Assembly (NCBI RefSeq): GCF_006345805.1
Contig: NC_042997.1
Coordinates: 94,922,001 to 94,986,000 of the forward strand
Reading direction: 5' to 3'
DNA length: 64,000 nucleotides
DNA from: Octopus sinensis
Lineage: Eukaryota
This document shows positions 24,900-37,925 of this stretch, piece after piece. A program made the position numbers and the translations under genes. A model generated the notes under the pieces. The model did not search any database and was not told the origin of the DNA. It saw only the letters and a list, made by a program, of their open reading frames with translations. Every line of letters starts with the position of its first letter. The stretch's first letter is position 1.

Positions 24900-27800
24900 T
24901 CACATTTCATTCAATAAGCGAAGTATAGCTTTATCGTGCTTGTTGAATTACTGATATAATTAGTATAAACGCATGGTAATAGGATTCAGGAAAATCCTTC
25001 TACATAAAAAATAACGGTTAATGTTGGCGTATTTAATGCAGGGAACATTAAAACCATTTAAAACTAACTGGAAAGAAATATGCACTCTGTGAATATAAAA
25101 TAATAATAATAGGGAAAGATTAATCTAATTTCCAAACATTCGGACGGTACGCTGGAGACAACTGCAGGCATATTTCAATATGAACATGTTTGATATTTCT
25201 AGCTAATGTCTATTAGATGCGCTGTTGTCGTTTAGCACTTTTCTGTTTTGAATGTATTTTAATCATTTTCTCCTCTTCAAAGCAAGCTAGTCTGAATGTG
25301 CTCTTGGATCTTTAGTTCTCCCTATATTGAGCAGTTATTTTTCATACATATTTATGAAGAGGCTGTGCAATCTGTATTGGCAAATATTGTTATAGCCAAA
25401 AGTAGTATTACTAATCGGGTAAAATAACTTGGTAGCATCATTATATTGAAGTTCAAATGAAATTGATGACAAATTTTGTAAGTAAATTCACAAAAACAGT
25501 TAGCAAAATGTGTCGAAATAATAAACTAAATAACGCTCAAACAATAGAAAAAATAAACTTTAAGATACAATTTTAGATTACATTCGTTCGAAATTGCAGA
25601 ATATAGAGGCAAAACTAAAGACACGAATAAACTTCTTATGAAATGTGTTCCATTAGGGGTCATTTTATATATTGTTAAATTTTGATATTTATATACAGGT
25701 TATAAGTAATATTTTTAAAAAATTTGTATGTATCAGGGTATGATATATTGACCATGCTCTGTCACTTAATGAATATATATTTTCATTTCTTGGAGTATTT
25801 CACAATGTTGGATTCTATTTCAGTATATGCATGAAGGTATTAAATCTCTCATGCTCATGCTTGTTTTTTCCACTTTGGTTGTGAATTATTACAATTGAAC
25901 AAATGTTGCAGATAATATATTTTACTCCGTTATATACATTTTGGGATTTTGGGTAGGAAGGCTTTAAATTTATGTCTAAGTAATCCTTCTGTGTCAGTAT
26001 TGAGATTTGTGCCTCTCAGACAAGGTGCGAAATTTCCAGTATCCACATTCGTCTAGGTGTTTTCCATGTATGTGTCAGCAAAAGCCTATTTATCTTAATA
26101 CTTAATACTTAATTCATTAATCATTCTCGTTGCAAGTTTTATTTTCTCCTTTCACTCACAAATGTCGGTGAATTCTGATACTGCTAAATCATTTTTGTTC
26201 TTGTTTTTTTGTATGTCTGTTTCTTTGTAGATACATTATGTTTTCCCATTGTTTGTTTACTAAAAATTGTGGAGATTTTATAAGTTTCTTATTGAATAAG
26301 ACCCTACTTCCTTGAATAGGGGAAAAAATGTGGCTTCGAGTCATTGTAACTCTTATTTCATTTGTGTAACTTTAGGCCGAGAATATTATAATTGTAAGTC
26401 ACTACCGTGATAGCTAGATTTTTTTTTGCATTTAACATTTAAGTATTTATCTCTTCCTGAAATTCCCTTTCATATGCCTTTTGTATTTTCCCTGTACCAT
26501 TAATATAATTTCTCTCTTTTTTGCACTTCCGAATCAGCTTTGTATGCGTTAGCTCTTTTGAAAATTAGATCATGTTTGTATTTTAACAGTTCCTATGGGT
26601 TTTCAATTTCTCTTTTTACACCTTTTATAGTATTACAACGGGGAGTTTGTCATTCTCTGTTCGTGGTTACCATATTATATATATATATATATATATGATT
26701 TTGTTTGTGAATTCTACATAGGCTCGGCTTACATTCGCTGCACATACTAGTTTGAAGTATGCTGCATGTCGGTGCCGCAATTACTATTTCAGTTCTTACT
26801 ATTATTTGATAAATTCGTTTTAGATTGTTGTCGAACTGCTTGTTTTGCTCAACTCTTGCTTCAATTCGGTTGTTTTTAAACTTAGGCTATTCCTTTTTTC
26901 ATGCAGTAGTTACATCTTTGTTTTCAGTCGATATTCCTCATTGATTGGGAGAGGTTTTTATTTATTTAAAAAAATTTTTGCATCTGTTTCCATGTCTTGT
27001 ATGTGTTTGGAGTTTCAAACTTTTCGTATTCTGAAAGAGTACTCATTTTCTTTTGTAACATTTGTGGCTGCTGCACTTATTATTTCGTTGAACATGGTTT
27101 CATTTATGCTCGCGTTTATCTTCATTAAGTCTGATATGGCGAGGCCCGCACATAACATTTATTACTAATTTATTATTCAGTTCACACAGCCGAAGTTACT
27201 TGTATTTTGCTCTCTAGATACTATTGCTTGAAATTATTTCTATAACCATATATTTTCGGATGAATAGTTTGGAATTTCTATAATTTTATCTGCCTCAGGT
27301 TCACTTTAATTGGCATTTCTGCCGCTGTTATGATGCTTCGGATGTTATTAGTCAGTATTTTGTAGGGTCACAAGAGTTTTGCTTTGGTTGTCTAGTTTGC
27401 TTCTACTTCACGCACTAGATCTAGTTTAGTGACTTGTGCCATCAATGCTTTTCGTTTCGTTCGTTGTTACATTGGTTTAGTGTTGATTTGTGCATTCTAA
27501 TTTGATATTTGGTATTGTGTTATCATTGAGGGTATATATCTATAGGTTTGCTATTCTCTTACTAACGTTATCTTTATATTCAATATTTTCCCTCGGGCTT
27601 AGAAATTTTAGGCATAATGTAACTGTAAATTAAATATGCTGAAAATAAATACAATCTTCTAATAATGTGTATGCTCTTCAATTTATGAGTAAGGTCTGAT
27701 CTTGTATTTGATAAATGGAACTTTCTTCAAATTATGGTGTATTATCTTTTTGCGATGCCAAGTTTTCCAAAGTACATTTTTCGGTATTTTTGTTCATAAA

Positions 27801-28050
27801 ATTTAAAATAAATTTTGCTCGGCTAATTTTCGCTTGAATAACATTATTTCAATTTCTCTTTTTTCTTTATGTGTTGTGTAAGTGTGTGATGATGATTAAT
27901 ATGTCTAAACATAGACTGACATACAGTCTTTTGTTATTTTGTTTACACATGAACAAAGTAGTCTAGCATGGTACGTAGAAAATGAGCCATTCTTTATGTT
28001 ATATTAGCTCTTTGTATTACATTATATATATGAAATAACTGAGAGGACTA
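24900..28050 (-). mobile_element. Ancient decayed L1-like ORF2 remnant
   Basis: T-rich plus strand; faint minus-strand APE (SRLD, SDH-like) and RT-like (LNTD, YADD-like) traces in the expected order. Confidence 0.4.
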
Positions 28051-28254
28051 GTTTTCAACTGGCTTGTTTTATTTCAATGTTTTGGCTTTCATTAATTCTT
28101 TTTTATTCACTTTGTTTGGACGATGTATTTTGTGGCATTCATGTTAATCTTACACAACATTCTCGTGAAGCGTCTCTGATGATAATGTTTGAGTCTAGCT
28201 ATTCAATTATACTCACCTTCAGATATAAAATACAACAACCGACACTAACTACTA

Positions 28255-28358
28255 CTCCTCCCCTCCTCTTCCTCAGCCTCCTGCTGCTGCTACTACTGCC
28301 ACTACTATTACTACCACCACCACCACCACCACCACAAATAATAATAATAATAATGATG

Positions 28359-28400
<42 letters not shown>

Positions 28401-28450
28401 TAATAATAATAATAATAATAATAATGATAATAACAATAATAATGATAATG
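28255..28450. repeat. (CTG/CTA/CCA)n-(TAA)n compound trinucleotide tract
   Basis: Directly visible. Confidence 0.9.
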
Positions 28451-28634
28451 ATACTTCTTTCAGGTCACAAAAACATCGAAAAAGGTAGAAGATAGAATAT
28501 GGGATTATTTGAAAGAGGGTGAATTTGTTATCAATACAGTGCCTCTGCCACTCGAATTTACGTAACAACTTTCAATCTATCTTATCTGTGAGCATGCGAC
28601 TTGACTGTGACATCGCAAAATTCGTGCTTTACGT

Positions 28635-28695
28635 TAAAGAATTGGTCAACACGCGCTAAAGAATTGGTCAACACGCGCTAAAGAATTGGTCAACT
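28635..28695. repeat. 22-bp minisatellite, about 2.8 copies
   Basis: taaagaattggtcaacacgcgc repeated head to tail with no spacers. Confidence 0.95.
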
Positions 28696-28789
28696 CGCCG
28701 CAAGCACGTCAGTTGCGAAACCTTTTCTTTGCGATTCTTCTAAGTTTCTTGTGATCTATGTATCCGACAGTATTAAAATATGGACAACC

Positions 28790-29330
28790 TATGTTATCCA
28801 TATATATATAGACTATACAACATTCTGTCTAGTTATCTGGATTACTGATTTGTCTATCAAAACTGGTGTGTACAAGAAATGCAATTTGCACTTGACCGAC
28901 AGTTGGAAGCGGCTAAAGAGGTTTGTGAGGCCTTTGAATACTCGCCTAACACAGGCTAAGTGTCCATCTAAGATGGCGTTCCTAGCGCTCACTAGTACTA
29001 AAGTGCAGCACATTAGTAAGAAAGATTCAATGAAGTTCATGAAATCTGGTGGCAAGGCTTGGTGTTATGTGATAGACGGCTATGGGCCTGAAGGTATGAT
29101 CTTCGCTGCAGATCACGTCCAGGATTACCAATTTACCTTCTGGGTTCAAGTAGATGATTCGTATCGTGAAATCCAGATCTTTCTGAAAAAAGCACAGCAT
29201 CTCTGACTTCCATTCTCGGTTGACTTGGGAGAAGCAAATGGGCGTGAGTGCTCGTTGAAATTTTGCTATCCTTGATAGCCAACACACTTATGTCAGTGTT
29301 CTAATATAGTTGAGCAGATGACTTTGCTTC
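28790..29330 (-). mobile_element. Tx1-like APE endonuclease fragment
   Basis: Minus strand reads, across frameshifts, FQKDLDFTIRIIYLNPEGKLVILDV...FRPIAVY, homologous to VLFRKGLDYEILSVFLDPEGKSVVLDI at about 31040-31120. Confidence 0.8.
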
Positions 29331-30829
29331 AAAGGTAACCCCAAGCCAAATGTATTTACACTACCTCTTCTGAGTAAGACTATTTTCGCTAGAAGACGAA
29401 AATTAGAAAGTCTTATAATAATTCTGAAGTTGGCAGGTCTTCCGTCCCTCTGGATATCTCTGGTTGTTTCCATAAGCAGTTGTTTATAAAACTTATGATG
29501 ATGTTTCTGATGTCCAATGGCCTATCGGAATATTTTTTTTTTATCGTATTGTATATTTATGTGTTGTTTAGGATAATGTTTGTTTTTAGTTTCTTCGTTG
29601 TGCCATCTTTTGGCGTGATGAAATCACTTTGAGTTATGTCTGTGTATGTATGTACATGTTTCATTAATTTTTTTACTTGTGTTTATGGCAGTAACGTTAA
29701 TAATATTTCTCTGCTGCTGTTCTTGTTTTGGATGCAAAATGGAATTTGTATATGTTTGTACTGATTGTGTCTGTAGTGTGGTTGATAGTGATGGTGGGGA
29801 TTGTGATGGTGACGATGGTGTTGGTAATGTTGGTCTTGTTTTTAGAGATAGTGTCGGAGTGCTATCCCATTAATACGAACTTGAAATCTTTTCTTGTTGG
29901 CATGTTATATTGTCTTTTCCAGCGTTAAAACAGCTTTTCCAATCTCCTATGTTATTTTTTCGACTTTGTTCGCTTCTTTAAAATATGCCTTATATGCCTT
30001 CGTTCTCGAGAGAGGAAACTTCATAATAATTTCTTGCATTTATTCAGCTAACATTTGAATAACTTTGGGGTGTGCCGTCAATCTGTTTTATTCGTTCATT
30101 CTCTGGGCACTTTGAAAATCTTATTCAATAAAATTGCCTAAACTTTTGCAGAAGATGGGATGCCGATGCTAGTTATTCTAGGGAAACGGTGTATCTACTT
30201 ACTGGTCTGTGGATGGAATATAAGGTGACATCGTTTGCTATAACCAGAGATGTGACATTACTGCCGTGAATATCAGAGAGTGTATATGCTCTGAGTACAA
30301 TGGACATATTTCCTGTTGTATCTCCTTCTCATTTTCGTCTCTGGTCAGTGCAGAGAATTATTCAATTCGGTATAGAGGTTAGCTTTTCTGATTGCATAGC
30401 TTTGACAAGTTCGTTTGAGAACAAATCTGAGGTTTGTTGTTCATAATTCTTTCTTTTTCATTTTGTTGATTTTGCCATCTCAAATACACACAACAGAATA
30501 AAAAACACAAGAAACTTTAAAAATAAAAATGTCACATCAACAACAAGCACCATCCGCGCCGTAGGAGAATTTCGTGCTAGTGAGGAGGGCCAATGAAATC
30601 CAGAAAATGAGAAAATTGAAACAGAGGGTGATCTGCAGCCCCAAAACTTTTAGACTACCGGAGAGCCTAATGATAGTGCGAATGACATTAGTGAATTATA
30701 CGAGCATTAAAAGAAGCAACCCGTGTAGGATCTCCCAGTGTAATGGCCAGCATATGGCTTTTAAGGGAGTTTACTGAAGAATCAAGACAGGTTGGGATAA
30801 CTCCAGTTTTTCCTTATTTCCTAGCCAGC

Positions 30830-33800
30830 ATGGCGTTTCTCAGAATAGGTTGCATAAATGTACGTGACCTGAGGTCGTCGTGGTAGAAAGGACGCTTGCA
30901 CAATGACTTCAGATGACTAGGTCTGGATGTAATAGCCGTCAGTGAGACCAGGATCAATGACAACGGGCCTTGGCTCCCATTTTCGATGACTTTCAGGTTT
31001 TCGCATCACTCAGTCACCAGGAAATGGAGTGGAGTGGCAGTGTTGTTCAGAAAAGGCCTGGATTACGAGATATTATCGGTCTTCTTGGACCCGGAAGGTA
31101 AGTCGGTGGTCCTAGACATTTACGAAAAATACTGTTTTTAGACTGGTCGCAGTGTACGCACCAAATGGAGCGGAGCAGTCGGAGTTCTTCAGACGCATGG
31201 AAGTCCTTCTAGGGACGCCTCGCTCTCTATTGTTAGTGGACGATTGGCACGCCATTTTGGATGCAGGTATGGATAGGAATGTGGAGAGTGGGAGCGTGTA
31301 AGCCTCGCAAACTTGCTTAGTCGTTTCCAGCTGGCGGACAGGTTTAGACTGGATTTCCCGAATACTCCAATATGGACATAAGCAAACAGTGTAGGGTCAT
31401 CCAGATGTTATCTAGATAGGGTATTTTGTAGGCCAGCAGATAGGAATAGCATAGGCTGAATTCATCAACTACACAGACAACAAATTTATGATCTGTACGG
31501 TTGACCTAGATAGGCTCCATAGAAAGGAACCCGGATAGCGGAAGCTGAACGCATCCTTCCTGGCACGTCAAACTTTCAGAGATCGGCCTAGCAGATTAGT
31601 CCATCGAATGTTGACGGGTGCAATTATGAAAAACCGGTGTTAGTGGTGGTGGGGTGCGTACCCCAAAAACGGGCGATTAGAGTAGAAGCTCTAGAATTTA
31701 GCAGAGAACTAGCGAGAGAGAAGACTAGAGCAGAAGGAGACCTAGTTAGGAAAGTAAAAGAGGAACTCAGTAGAGGCATAGTCACCCACGTGCTGGCAGC
31801 GAGATTGGTTCTGAACCAATTTTCCAACACCCAGCATGAAGGTTGGGCGTGTGCTCTAAAGCAGCAGGGATCGAAAGCCGTTCAATGGGACCGGGTGACC
31901 GAGGCGCAATGTAGTAACAGACTACAACTCAGTCTTTGAGAGGTCGAGAAGGGCGCATGCTACCCTAGTTGAAGCAGATTTTTGCGTAATTTCAGCGGCA
32001 CTTTGCTGAAATGTACGGGGCGCGCAGTGGCCCGGAAGTGGGCATGAACGTCACTTTCTACCTACATAGCATGCGAAATACCGATAACAGCTGAAGATAT
32101 ACGTGACGCGTAATTGCACGAGTGAGAGGTCTCCTGGATTGAATGGTCTGCCCTTCTAGCTTTATATACATATGCCAAATATGTTTGGTGCACCTTTGGG
32201 AAGCGTCTACCGCAACTGGCAACAGAATCGGAGAATAGTCTGATCTATGACGTTACTGAGAAAGGATCCGAACAAGTGGGACATCGTTGATAATTTTAGG
32301 CCGGTAACTCTGCTAAATACAGATTACAAAATTTGGACCAAGGTGTTAGCAAAAAGATTGGTGCTTGTAGTTGACACACTGGTGGGTGATGCGTAGATTT
32401 GCGCTGTCGCCAGTAGAACAATACACGACAACCTCCACCTGTCGCGATACATCGTAGAAAAGGTTGGTAAAGAATCTGGCATGGGTGATCAATGTGGATG
32501 AGACGAAAGCTTTTGATAGGGTCGACCATCTGTACTTGAAGGCCGTCCTCAAGGTAGCTGGGTTCAGTCCCATTTCCAGAGGCTGGTTGGTTGCAATGTG
32601 CAGCAATATCTATTCGGTGATCAAAGTAAATGGCCACCTCTCGTAATCGTTTAGTATCGTACGTTCGGTCCGTCAAGAGTGCCCACTCTCACCCCTTCTC
32701 TATGAACTAGCACTCGAGCCATTGCTGTTGAAGCTGAAGGTTTCGAGGGTCATCCGGCTTGAACTGGGATGCAGAAGGTTCGTGTAGGCGTATGCAGACG
32801 ACGGCATCGTGATAGTATCCAGAAATCTGAGATGGTCGGCACTACCCTAAGGAAATACGAAGTCGCGACAGGAGAAATGATCCACCAGGAGAAGTCAGTG
32901 AGCCTGCAGCTCGGCAGCTGCAGAGGCAGGCCCATGTCAACCGACAGCGTTGTGGGGCGCTGAACGGAAGGAAATGTTAAGATGCTCGGGGTCTGGTTCG
33001 GTCCGGATATCCAAGTGGCCAAGAACTGGGGAGAAGTGTCAGACATGGTGGCCAGTCTCACGCAGAAATGGGCCGAGAGGAAGCTGTCCCTGAAAGGTCG
33101 GGAGAAGGGGGCGAATGCGTACATCACATCCGTCGTATACTACCGCCTGTCTCGTCACTTGCTCCGCTCGTGGCTGAACGTTTGTTCTTCCGCTACCTGC
33201 GGATGGAACAGGTACCGCTTGTCAGGCGGTTCATTTGCTGTCAGCATCCATTGCATAGAGGACTGGACATGCCGTGGCTGAGGATGCGCAGACATGCGCT
33301 GAGTCTGCGACATCTTCAGCGACGCCTTAACAGTGAGCAGGTATGGCCGCCGTTTGTTGAAGGCGCTTTTCCGCAGTTCGTTCATTGACGAAGCTACAGT
33401 TCTAGATCAGGCGTAGACCGAGGCAGCGCGTGTGACACCTAGAGTGTGTCCAAGCGTTCAAAAGCCTCGGCCAGTGGGATTATGAGGTCAGTGGAAGTTC
33501 CATCTTGGAGTTCTATAGGGGATTAGTGGAGGGCAAGAGCGACGTCGTACTCGGAGAGGTCTCTGGCGTTGAGAGCGATCATCTGGCTGGTGCCTTTCGG
33601 AGGTCTTTCGGGCCGGGAACTATGGATAACTTACAGAAATCTCTGGTCTGCCAGTACTGCTGTGGGGCGCTGCCAGAGATAAGTTCTGTAGACATGTGCA
33701 TGCAGTCAGCCGCGCTAGTCGGAGATACACGCGGAGCGATGAAACCGTTCTGCATGCTCTCGTACAGTGTCCAAGCATTGCTGACTCGTGAAGCTTTGTC

Positions 33801-33845
33801 GAACAGTTATTGTCACGTGTAGGACGGATCCGTCTATCGCCTGAG
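30830..33845 (+). mobile_element. Degenerate Tx1/L1-clade LINE ORF2 (APE, RT, zinc knuckle), 3' end lost
   Basis: MAFLRIGCINVRDL...DVIAVSETRI (APE); NFRPVTLLNTDYKI, KAFDRVDH, RSVRQECPLSPLLY, AYADDG, MLGVWFG (RT); RRSDETVLHALVQC; many stops and frameshifts. Confidence 0.9.
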
Positions 33846-33975
33846 TTCAAATTCCGCCGAGGTTGGCTTTGCCTTTCATCTTTTCGGGGTCGATAAAATA
33901 AGTATCAGTTATGCACTGGGGTCGATGTAATCGACTTGACTCCACCCACCAGACACCCTTGTGGAAATAATTGAA
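33838..33975 (+). mobile_element. 5'-truncated SINE (Meta-domain-like) fused to the Tx1 LINE
   Basis: ctgagttcaaattccgccgaggttggctttgcctttcatcttttcggggtcgataaaataagtatcag. Confidence 0.85.
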
Positions 33976-33984
33976 GTCATTAAT

Positions 33985-34516
33985 ATTATTATTTTTTCTT
34001 CTTTCAAATTTGCTTCCATTTCTTGCCGAGTGTCTTCCCGACTCTTAGGGCAAAGAAACTCATAGTATACATTGGTAGGCCATTAAACTAAACTCAGTAG
34101 TTCGTTCATTTTTTTTTAAAGTTAAATGAAAATACATGGGTAGTAATAGTTCTCATATCGACAATGCTCTTCTCTATACGTGTGATGTACCAGTTAAGAC
34201 AATCTTTTGCACTTCTTGCAGGGATGGTAAGCCAGGGATCATTCTCATATAATTTTTGGTTCCCTTCTTGATCATTCCTAGTGCTCCTACGATCACTGGT
34301 ATTGTAACCGCCTTGAGATGCCACATTTTCTCAATTTCAATGAGTAGGTCTTTATATTTTCTGAGCTTGTCAAACTCTTTCGCCGAGATATTATGATCAC
34401 AGGGGATGCTCATGTCGATCAATAAGCAAACTTTATTGTTTTGGTCTTTCACAACACTATCTGGTTTATTGGCTTTGATGGTTCGGTCTGAATGTACTGG
34501 AAAGTCCCACAGACTT
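33985..34516 (-). mobile_element. 3' fragment of an R4/Dong-like RLE LINE
   Basis: WDFPVHSDRTIKANKPD...LIDMSIP...KYKDLLIEIEKMWHLK..IPVIVGALG (PD-D-K restriction-like endonuclease) plus 3' UTR; 5' break abuts (TTA)n at 34517-34615. Confidence 0.9.
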
Positions 34517-34529
34517 ATTATTATTATTA

Positions 34530-34615
<86 letters not shown>

Positions 34616-34983
34616 ATCGCCACGAATTAGGAGCATTCGGCGGTTTCAGCAATGAGTTCGCGTTTTCTTTCACTCTAACATGTATTTTCAGCATCATTCT
34701 TTAATGAAAATGTTTCTGAGGAGCTGAACTACAATAGAGTGGTGTGTTAATTTTTCCTTCGATGTTACTAACCCCTTTCGGCTAGAATCGCTTTTAGAAA
34801 GGTGTTTCTTTTTGTTTGTTCTTGAAATATCTGTAATTTTCACAAACAAAAATGCTAAGAAGCCAACATGGAATCCAATTATGGCTTCATGCTCTTCGTG
34901 TCGGAAGGAAATGAGATATAAAAGGTGAATCAAAGGGCAAGATGGTGTTTGTGCACGAGCGTGAGTGTGTCTACGAGAGTTGG

Positions 34984-34984
<1 letters not shown>

Positions 34985-35050
<66 letters not shown>
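34985..35050. repeat. (GA)n microsatellite
   Basis: Directly visible. Confidence 0.95.
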
Positions 35051-35899
35051 CGAAAGAGATTGTAACAACAGTTCAGCAATATCATTAAAAAGAAAAAAAT
35101 ATCAGTGTTATGGTAACAACTATTACAGTTGCAGTCACAGCACAAAAGCTTTGACATCACACGAAAAATATGAGAATAAGAACATTTTCATAGCCATCTG
35201 CATTAGCAACAACAACAGCAGAAACTACAAAAAACCTCAAGTGAAACAATGAAATTAAAAAACTTCAATGACGAAAATACCGACAGCAGTAGATTGGAAA
35301 AAAAAATTACCATTTACTTGTGCACCTAGTGAATGAACGTAACATTCTCTTGAAGGCAAGAAAGAGGCTGTTAAAATATACCAGGTGTATATGTTTTGTA
35401 TTTGTTTTGTTATTTCTACTATTTTAGTGTTTAGTCTTTGTTTTGCTGAGGAGGTGAAATATGAGATTTGTTAATGTTTTTGGGTGGTGTTTGTGTTACG
35501 TAAATTTGCATGAATGATGTTTTTTGTTATAGAGTTGGATATCGATTGCGCAAGATTATGCACTCCGCTATTTTACAGCGTTTTTATTGTACAGAGTATG
35601 GTCTAATATATTACTTGGTGATGATTCCTTAGCGTATGTATGGTGAAATCTGTGTTATTTTATCCGGTTTTCACTGCATAAACAGTGAGTTATGAGTAAC
35701 AAGCGCACTGTTTAATTGGCACGATCGAAACGAAACTGTCTTGTTTGTTGGTATTCATTCTTTGTGCCAAGTACATTGTTGAATTATAGTGTGTCTTGGC
35801 CACTGACTGTTTTGATCTTCATATTTTCATTAGCATTATTTGGTATTCCGTTTCGGTTTCGTGCTTTCTTTCTCTTTCAAACTTTTATATTGTGTGATT

Positions 35900-35960
35900 T
35901 TATTTCAAATAGCTGTCTTTATACGCTACGTTTCCAAGCTGCACTTCATTCTTTCCTGAA

Positions 35961-35991
<31 letters not shown>

Positions 35992-37779
35992 AAGAACACT
36001 TTTTATCTTCGTTTCTGATTATGCTAATCAGTTCCCATTTACTATTAAATAACTTTTGAATCCTAATATTCTTACTTAAGAACTGCAGTTCACTTAACTT
36101 GTACTATATTATACTGAATCTGTAACCGCGACTGCTATTCTCTTTATATGTGTTATATCGTACAAAGAGTCCAGCTTTTAACGTTAATACAAAAAGGTTA
36201 GTATTAAATAATTACCGTTAATATTGGTCTTAGTTAAAATTTGTCTTTCATATCTCAAAGATCCATGAAATGAATTACCAGAAAATAACTGGGGTCGATG
36301 GCATCGACTAAATACTACATTTAAAATTACTGACTTTAGGCCTCAATCAGAAGATATTTTTGTTGTTGTTCTTTTCGTATTTTATTAAAACTCCTCCGTT
36401 CCACATTCTTCATATTATTACTATGTTAATACTGTCGTCATGTTGAACAGCTTAATATGAGTTTGTACTGCATGTTTATATGCAGTGTTACGTCTCTTGT
36501 GTACAGATGGAGTAGTTTGATTTTGTTATTGACTATGTTATTCGTAAAAAGCGTGATTGGTGTAATTTGTGTTTTCGTATTATACTGTGAATACGTTGAA
36601 TATGTGGTGCATGGATTCTGTAGAGTATGAGCGTAAGTTATCAGCTATGTAATCATATGCGCTGGGAAATACAATTATTTCTTCATCATGTGGTATGTAT
36701 GTCTTTTGAATTGTATCATTTCCTTTGCTATATATTATGAACAAAATAGTGAGTTGCTCGACTTACGCTATTGTTTTGGATCAGACTTGTGTAGGATGTG
36801 TGATATACGTATTAGAGTAAGAGCTAGCTTTGTTAACAATGCGTAATTTTATGAGTCCTGGCTTATTTTTTATGTCTTTGTTCATATTTATTTTATCATA
36901 ATTGCCATTGAATTTATTAATAGTAATGTTCATTTTGCTTAATTTTCGGGAGAGTATCAACTTATCCCAATGTTGACATCATATTTTAGAGTCTCTGAAA
37001 CAGTTTTTGAGTCATATTTTGTCAAAATATATAGATGTTATATTACATTAGTAATTTCCCTTACTATACACGTTTTCGTGGCAATTTTCGATTCACTGTT
37101 CGCGTTAACCTATGCATTATTTTGGACAGACATGTCACAAGCGATAGCGCTAGGACATAATCCTAGTGATGTCAGTTTCTACCATTTAGTATATATTTAT
37201 ACAATATTGGCATACATTTATACCAATTCTTCTTCTTGTGAAGTTAAAATCCTATTTAATAACCATGTGGAGTTAAATGTCAAATCGATTGTATCTGAAA
37301 CTATGCAAAGATTTATCAAGAATCGAGGTTACTTACACGGGCTTCCTTTTCTAGTTTCTTGTGGGTAAGTAGTAATCATTTGCAAACAAAATAACGCATT
37401 CTGCTTCTGCTTCTAGCCCAGAGTATTTTGAAATTGCTGACACTCACTCTTAATTACTTCCTTTCTTCCAAGTCTTTTGAGATATTGCTTATGTATTGAT
37501 TGTTCTTATAAAACTTTGTTTTAAGTGATCTTATTTAAACCTCTTCTGTTGTTATCTTACTATGTAACATTTTTACCGCATATAGTTTCTACGTTGCACG
37601 TTTTGCTTTCGTATACAGCGTAAAGCGTTAATGTGCTTCTTCTTCATATTTCTTTATTATTTTTACAGACATACTTCTTTTTGATCTCTTCTAAATGGTT
37701 TCCTGGTTCCATACATATTATTTTTTTACTAATTGTATAATTCTATTAGATATCAGGTAGCAATATACTTAAGAATATG

Positions 37780-37842
<63 letters not shown>

Positions 37843-37892
37843 TATATTATATATATATATATATATTATGTGTGTGTGTGTGTGTGTGTATG

Positions 37893-37925
<33 letters not shown>

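Noticed and set aside
28635-28695. CRISPR-like direct repeats
   Set aside because: Head-to-tail repeats with no spacers, in eukaryotic DNA, with no cas genes
28751-29206. 151-aa plus-strand ORF as a host gene
   Set aside because: It is the antisense frame of a Tx1 APE fragment
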